Assembly: GCA_964016885.1 (NCBI GenBank)
Contig: OZ024760.1
Coordinates: forward strand, 30,256,001-30,320,000
From: Eledone cirrhosa
Lineage: Eukaryota
Length of the DNA stretch: 64,000 nt
Direction: 5' to 3'
Shown: positions 58,501-64,000 of the stretch, one piece after another
How the letters are laid out: each line of letters opens with the position of its first letter
How positions within the stretch are numbered: position 1 is the stretch's first letter
Position numbers and translations under genes: made by a program
Notes under the pieces: generated by a model
The model's input: only the letters and a program-made list of their open reading frames with translations
Told to the model about the DNA's origin: nothing
The model's database searches: none

Positions 58501-61500
58501 ATGTAATATGTAATGTAATGTAATGTGTAATGTAATGTAATGTAATGTAATGTAATGCAATGTAATGTAATGTGTAATGTAATGTAATGTAATGTAATGT
58601 AATGTAATGTAATGTAATTTAATGTAATGTAAAGTAATGTAATGTAATGTAATGTGTAATGTAATGTAATGTAAAGTAATGTAATGTGTAATGTAATGTA
58701 ATGTGTAATGTAATGTAATGTAATGTAATGTAATGTAATGTACTGTAATGCATTGTAATATAATATTTAATATGTAATGTAATGTAATGTAACGTAACGT
58801 AACGTAACGTAATGTAATGTAATGTAATGTAATATGTAATGTAATGTAATGTAGTGTAATGTAATGTAATGTAATGTTATGTAATGTAATGTAATGTGTA
58901 ATGTAATGTAATGTAATGTAATGTAATGTAATGTGTAATGTAATGTAACGTAATGTATAATGTAATGTAATATAATGTGTAATGTAATGTAATGTAATGT
59001 AATGTAATGTAATGTAATGTAATGTGTAATGTAATGTAATGTAATGTAATGTAATGTAATGTAATGTGTAATGTGTAATCTAATGTAATGTAATGTAACG
59101 TAATGTAATGTAATGTAATGTAATGTAATATGTAATGTAATGTAATGTAATTTAATGTAATGTCTAATGTAATGTAATGTAATGTGTAATGTGTAATGTA
59201 ATGTAATGTAATGTAATGTAATGTGTAATGTGTAATGTAATGTAATGTAATATGTAATGTAATGTAATGTAATTTAATGTAATGTTTAATGTAATGTAAT
59301 GTAATGTAATGTAATGTAATATCTAACGTAATGTAATGTAATGTAATGTAATGTAATGTAATGTAATGTAATGTAATGTAATGTAATGTGTAATGTGTAA
59401 TGTAATGTAATGTAATGTGTAATGTAATGTAATGTAATTTAACGTAATGTAATGTGTAATGTAACGTGTAATGTAATGTAATGTAATGTAATGTAATGTA
59501 ATGTGTAATGTAATGTAATATAATGTAATATATAATGTAATGTAATGTAATGTAATGTAATGTAATGTAATGTAATGTAATGTAATGTAATGTAATGTGT
59601 AATGTAATGTAATGTAATGTAATGTAATGTACTGTAATGTGTAATGTAATGTAATGTAATGTAATGTAATGTAATGTAATGTAATGTAATATGTAATGTA
59701 ATGTAATGTAATTTAATGTAATGTTTAATGTAATGTAATGTAATGTAATGTAATGTAATGTAATGTAATATCTAACGTAATGTCATGTAATGTAATGTAA
59801 TGTAATGTAATGTAATGTGTAATGTAATGTAATGTAATGTAATGTGTAATGTAATGTAATGTAATGTAACGTAATGTAATGTGTAATGTAATGTAACGTG
59901 TAATGTAATGTAATGTAATGTGTAATGTAATGTAATATAATGTAATATATAATGTAATGTAATGTAATGTAATGTGTAATGTAATGTAATGTAATGTAAT
60001 GTAATGTAATGTAATGTGTAATGTAATGTAACGTAATGTAATGTAATGTGTAATGTAATGTAATGTAATGTAATGTGTAATGTAATGTAATGTAGTGTAA
60101 TGTATAATGTAATGTGTAATGTAATGTAATGTAAGGTAATGTGTAATGTAATGTAATGTAGTGTAACGTAGAATGTAATGTGTAATGTAATGTAATGTAA
60201 TGTAATGTAATGTGTAATGTAATGTAATGTAAAGTGTATTGTAATGTAATGTAATGTAATGTAATGTAATGTAATGTAATGTAATTTAATGTGTAATGTA
60301 ATGTAATGTAATGTAATGTAAAGTAATGTAATGTAATGTGTAATGTGTAATGTAATGTAATGTAATGTAATGTAATGTAATGTAATGTAATGTAATGTAA
60401 TGCAATGCAATGTAATGTAATGTGTAATGTGTAATGTGTAATGTAATGTAATGTAATGTAATGTGTAATGTAATGTAATGTAATCTAATGTAATGTAATG
60501 TAATGTGTAATGTAATGTAATGTAATGTAATGTAATGTAATGTGTAATGTAATGTAATGTAATGTAATGTAATGTGTAATGTAATGTAATGTAATGTAAT
60601 GTAATGTAATGTAATGTTATGTGTAACGTAATGTAATGTAATGTAATGTGTTATGTAATGTAATGTGCAATGTAATGTAATGTAATGTAATGTAATGGAA
60701 TGTAATGAGTAATGTAATGTAATGTAATGTGTAATGTAATGTAATGTAATGTAATGTAGTGTAATGTAATGGAATGTGTATTGTAATGTAATGTAATGTA
60801 ATGTAATGTAATGTAACGTAATGTGTAATGTAATGTAATGTAATGTGTAATGTAATGTAATGTAATATGTAATGTAATGTAATGTAATGTAATGTAATGT
60901 AATGTGTAATGTAATGTAATGTAATGTAATGTGTAATGTAATGTAATGTAATGTAATGTAATTTAATTTAATGTAATGTAATGTGTAATGTAATGTGTAA
61001 TGTAATGTAATGTAATGTGTAATGTAATGTAACGTAATGTGTAATGTAATGTAATGTAATGTAATTTAATGTAATGTAATGTAATGTAATGTAATGTAAT
61101 GTAATGTGATGTGTAATGAAATGTATTGTAATGTAATGTAATGTAATGTAATGTGTAATGTAATGTAATGTAATGTGTAATGTCATGTAATGTAATGTAA
61201 TGTAATGTAATGTAATGTAATGTAATGTGTAATGTAATGTAATGTATTGTGTAATGTAATATAATGTAATGTTTAATGTAATGTAATGTAATGTAATGTA
61301 ATGTAATGTAATGTAATGTAATGTAATGTAATGTAATGTTATGTTTTATGTAATGTAATGTAATATAATGTAATTTTTAATGTAATGTAATGTAATGTAA
61401 TGTAATGTAATATAAAGTGTAATGTAATGTAATGTAATGTAACGTAATGTTTAATGTAAAGTAATGTAATGTAATGAAATGTAATGTAATCTGTAATGTA

Positions 61501-64000
61501 ATGTAATGTAATGTAATGTAATGTAATGTAATATAATGTTTAACGTAATGTAATATAATGTAATGTAATGTAATGTATTGTAATGTGTAATGTAATGTAA
61601 TGTAATGTAATGTAATGTTTAATGTAATGTAATGTAATGTAATGTAATGTAATGTAATGTAATGTAATGTAATGTAATGTAATGTGTAATGTAATGTAAT
61701 GTAATGTAATGTAATGTAATGTAATGTTTAATGTAATGTAATGTAATGTAATGCAATGTAATATGTAATGTAATGTAATGTAATGTGTAATGTAATGTAA
61801 TGTAATGTAATGTAATGTAATGTAATGTAATGTAATGTAATGTAATGTGTAATGTAATGTAATGTAACGTAATGTAATGTAATGTCATGTAATGTAATGT
61901 GTAATGTAATGTAATGCAATGCAATGCAATACAATGCAATGCAAGGCAATGCAATGCAATGCAATGTAATGTAGTGTAATGTAATGTAATGTAATGTGTA
62001 ATGAAATGTAATGTAATGTAATATAATGTAATGTGTAATGTAATGTAATGTAATATGGAATGTAATGTAATGTAATGTAATGTAATGTAATGTAATGTAA
62101 TGTAATGTAATGTAATGTAATGTAATGTGTAATGTAATGTAATGTAATGTAATGTGTAATGTAATGTAATGTAATGCAATGTAATGTAATGTAATGTGTA
62201 ATGTAATGTAATGTAATGTAATGTAACGTAATGTAATGTAATGTGTAATGTAATGAAATTTGTAATGTAATGTTTAATGTAATGTAATGTAATGTAATGT
62301 AGTGTAATGTAATGTTATGTAATGTAATGTAATGTTATGTTTAATGTAATGTAATGTAATATAATTTAATTTTTAATGTAATGTAATGTAATGTAATGTA
62401 ATGTAATGTAATGTAATGTAATGTGTAATGTAATGTAATGTAATGTAATGTAACGTAATGTTTAATGTAAAGTAATGTAATGTAATGAAATGTAATGTAA
62501 TGTGTAATGTAATGTAACGTAGTGTAATGTAATATAATGTGTAATGTAATGTAATGTAATGTAATGTAATGTAATGTAATGAGTAAATGTGTAATGTAAT
62601 GTAATGTAATGTGTAATGTAATGTAATGAAATATGTAATGTAATGTAATGTAATGTGTAATGTAATGTAATGTAATGTAATGTAATGTATAACGTAATGT
62701 AATGTAATGTAATGTAATGTGTAATGTAATGTAATGTGTAATGTAATGTAATGTATTGTAATGTGTAATGTAATGTAATGTAATGTAATGTAATGTAATT
62801 TAATGTAATGTAATGTAATGTAATGTAATGTAATGGAATGTAATGTAATGTAATGTGTAATGTAATGTAATGCAATGCAATGCAATGCAAGCCAATGCAA
62901 TGCAATGCAATGCAATGTAATGTAATGTAATGTAATGTAATGTGTAATGTAATTTAATGTAATGTAATATAATGTAATGTGTAATGTAATGTAATGTAAT
63001 ATGGAATGTAATCTAATGTAATGTAATGTGTAATGTAATGTAATGTAATGTAATGTAATGTGTAATGTAATGTAATGTAATGTAACGTGTAATGTAATGT
63101 AATGTAATGTAACGTGTAACGTAATGTAATGTAATGTAATGTAATGTAATGTAATGTGTAATGCAATGTAATGTAATGTAATGAAATGTAATGTGTAATG
63201 TAATGTAATGTAATGTAATGTAATGTAATGTAATGTAATGTAATGTAATGTAATGTGTAATGTAATGTAATGTAATGTAGTATGTAATGTAATGTAATGT
63301 AATGTAATGTAATGTAATGTATTGTAATGTAATGTAATGTAATGCAATGCAATGCAATACAATGCAATGCAATGTAACGTAATGTAATGTAATGTAATGT
63401 GTAATGTAATGTAATGTGTAATGTAATGTAATGTAATGTAATGTAATGTAATGTAATTTAATATAATGTAATGTAATGTAATGTAATGTAATGTAATGTA
63501 ATGTAATGCAATGTAATTTAATGTAATGTGTAATGTAATGTAATGTAATGTAATGTGTAATGTAATGTAATGTAATGTAATGTAACGTAACGTAATGTAA
63601 TGTAATTTAATGTGTGATGTAATGTAATGTAATGTCATGTAATGTAATGTAATGTAATGTGTAATGTAATGTAATAGTGTAATGTAATGTAATGTAATGT
63701 AATGTAATGTAATGTAATGTAATGTAATGTAATGTAATGTAATGTAATGTGTAATGTAATGTAATGTAATGTAATGTAATATAATGTGTAATGTAATGTA
63801 ATATAATGTAATGTAGTATGTAATGTAACGTAATGTAATGTAATATGTAATGTAATGTAACGTCTAATGTAATGTATTGTAATGTAATGTAATGTAATGT
63901 AATATGTAATGTAATGTATTGTAATGTAAAGTAATGTAATGTAATGTAATGTGTAATGTAATGTAATGTAATGCAATCTGTAATGTAATATAATGTAATG

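Larger units (their letters stand above)
1..64000. repeat. Simple pentameric satellite array (GTAAT)n/(ATTAC)n with interspersed 7-mer (GTGTAAT) and single-substitution variant units; extends beyond both window edges
   Basis: Every line is GTAAT tandem repeats. Interruptions parse as 5-mer variants (GTAAC, GAAAT, GCAAT, GTAAA, GTTAT, ATAAT, TTAAT, CTAAT, GGAAT) or 2-nt inserts (GT, AT, TT). No switch to (CATTA)n on the + strand is seen. Confidence 0.99.
45640..64000. repeat. ~9.9 kb tandem duplication (about 45640-55580 / 55580 to beyond 64000)
   Basis: Offsets of 9945 (46182/56127, 47223/57168, 48615/58560, GCATT 48805/58750), 9970 (50440/60410, 51216/61186) and 9881 (53008/62889). The rare GTAGAAT variant occurs at ~50198 and ~60168. 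Confidence 0.92.

Noticed and set aside
1-64000. CRISPR array or other repeat-spacer system
   Set aside because: There are no unique spacers. Everything between recurrent markers is the same pentamer, and no cas or other gene is present.
1-64000. Canonical telomere tract
   Set aside because: The unit is not a G-rich telomeric repeat I recognise (TTAGGG, TTAGG, TTTAGGG). Multi-kb duplicated variant patterns indicate recombinational copying rather than de novo telomerase addition. A subtelomeric location is not excluded.
1-64000. Human HSat2/HSat3
   Set aside because: Those are based on GGAAT/CATTC. Here GGAAT is only a rare variant (e.g. ~3739, ~5209), and the consensus is GTAAT.
1-64000. 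Pure sequencing or basecalling artefact (noise on a perfect repeat)
   Set aside because: Rare variants recur in the same order at constant multi-kb offsets and show graded divergence, which random error would not produce. Individual near-identical duplications still need read-level validation.
1-64000. Inversions, hairpins, G-quadruplexes or transposon insertions
   Set aside because: No (CATTA)n tract on the + strand, no G-runs longer than two, and no non-satellite segment were seen.

Overview
The whole 64 kb window is one uninterrupted simple satellite array of the pentamer (GTAAT)n, read (TAATG)n on the + strand and (CATTA)n on the - strand, in a single orientation. I see no unique sequence, real gene, RNA gene, mobile element or CRISPR array. 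All listed ORFs are by-products of (CATTA)n lacking stop codons in all three frames (poly-HYITL). The array is highly organised. Rare variant units act as barcodes and reveal nested, overlapping tandem duplications with periods of about 0.43, 1.1-1.2, 1.7, 2.75, 3.14, 5.8, 6.1, 6.5, 7.3 and 9.9 kb. Length variants are almost always a 7-mer (GTGTAAT). Local variant sub-arrays (GCAAT, GAAAT, GTAAC) occur, and paralogous sites show CpG/CpA differences suggestive of methylation. This looks like eukaryotic heterochromatic satellite DNA, but the organism and chromosomal role cannot be determined from the sequence. I found no evidence for a protein-coding system. Offsets come from hand-read markers and ORF-track coordinates, and block boundaries are approximate (about +/-50-100 bp).
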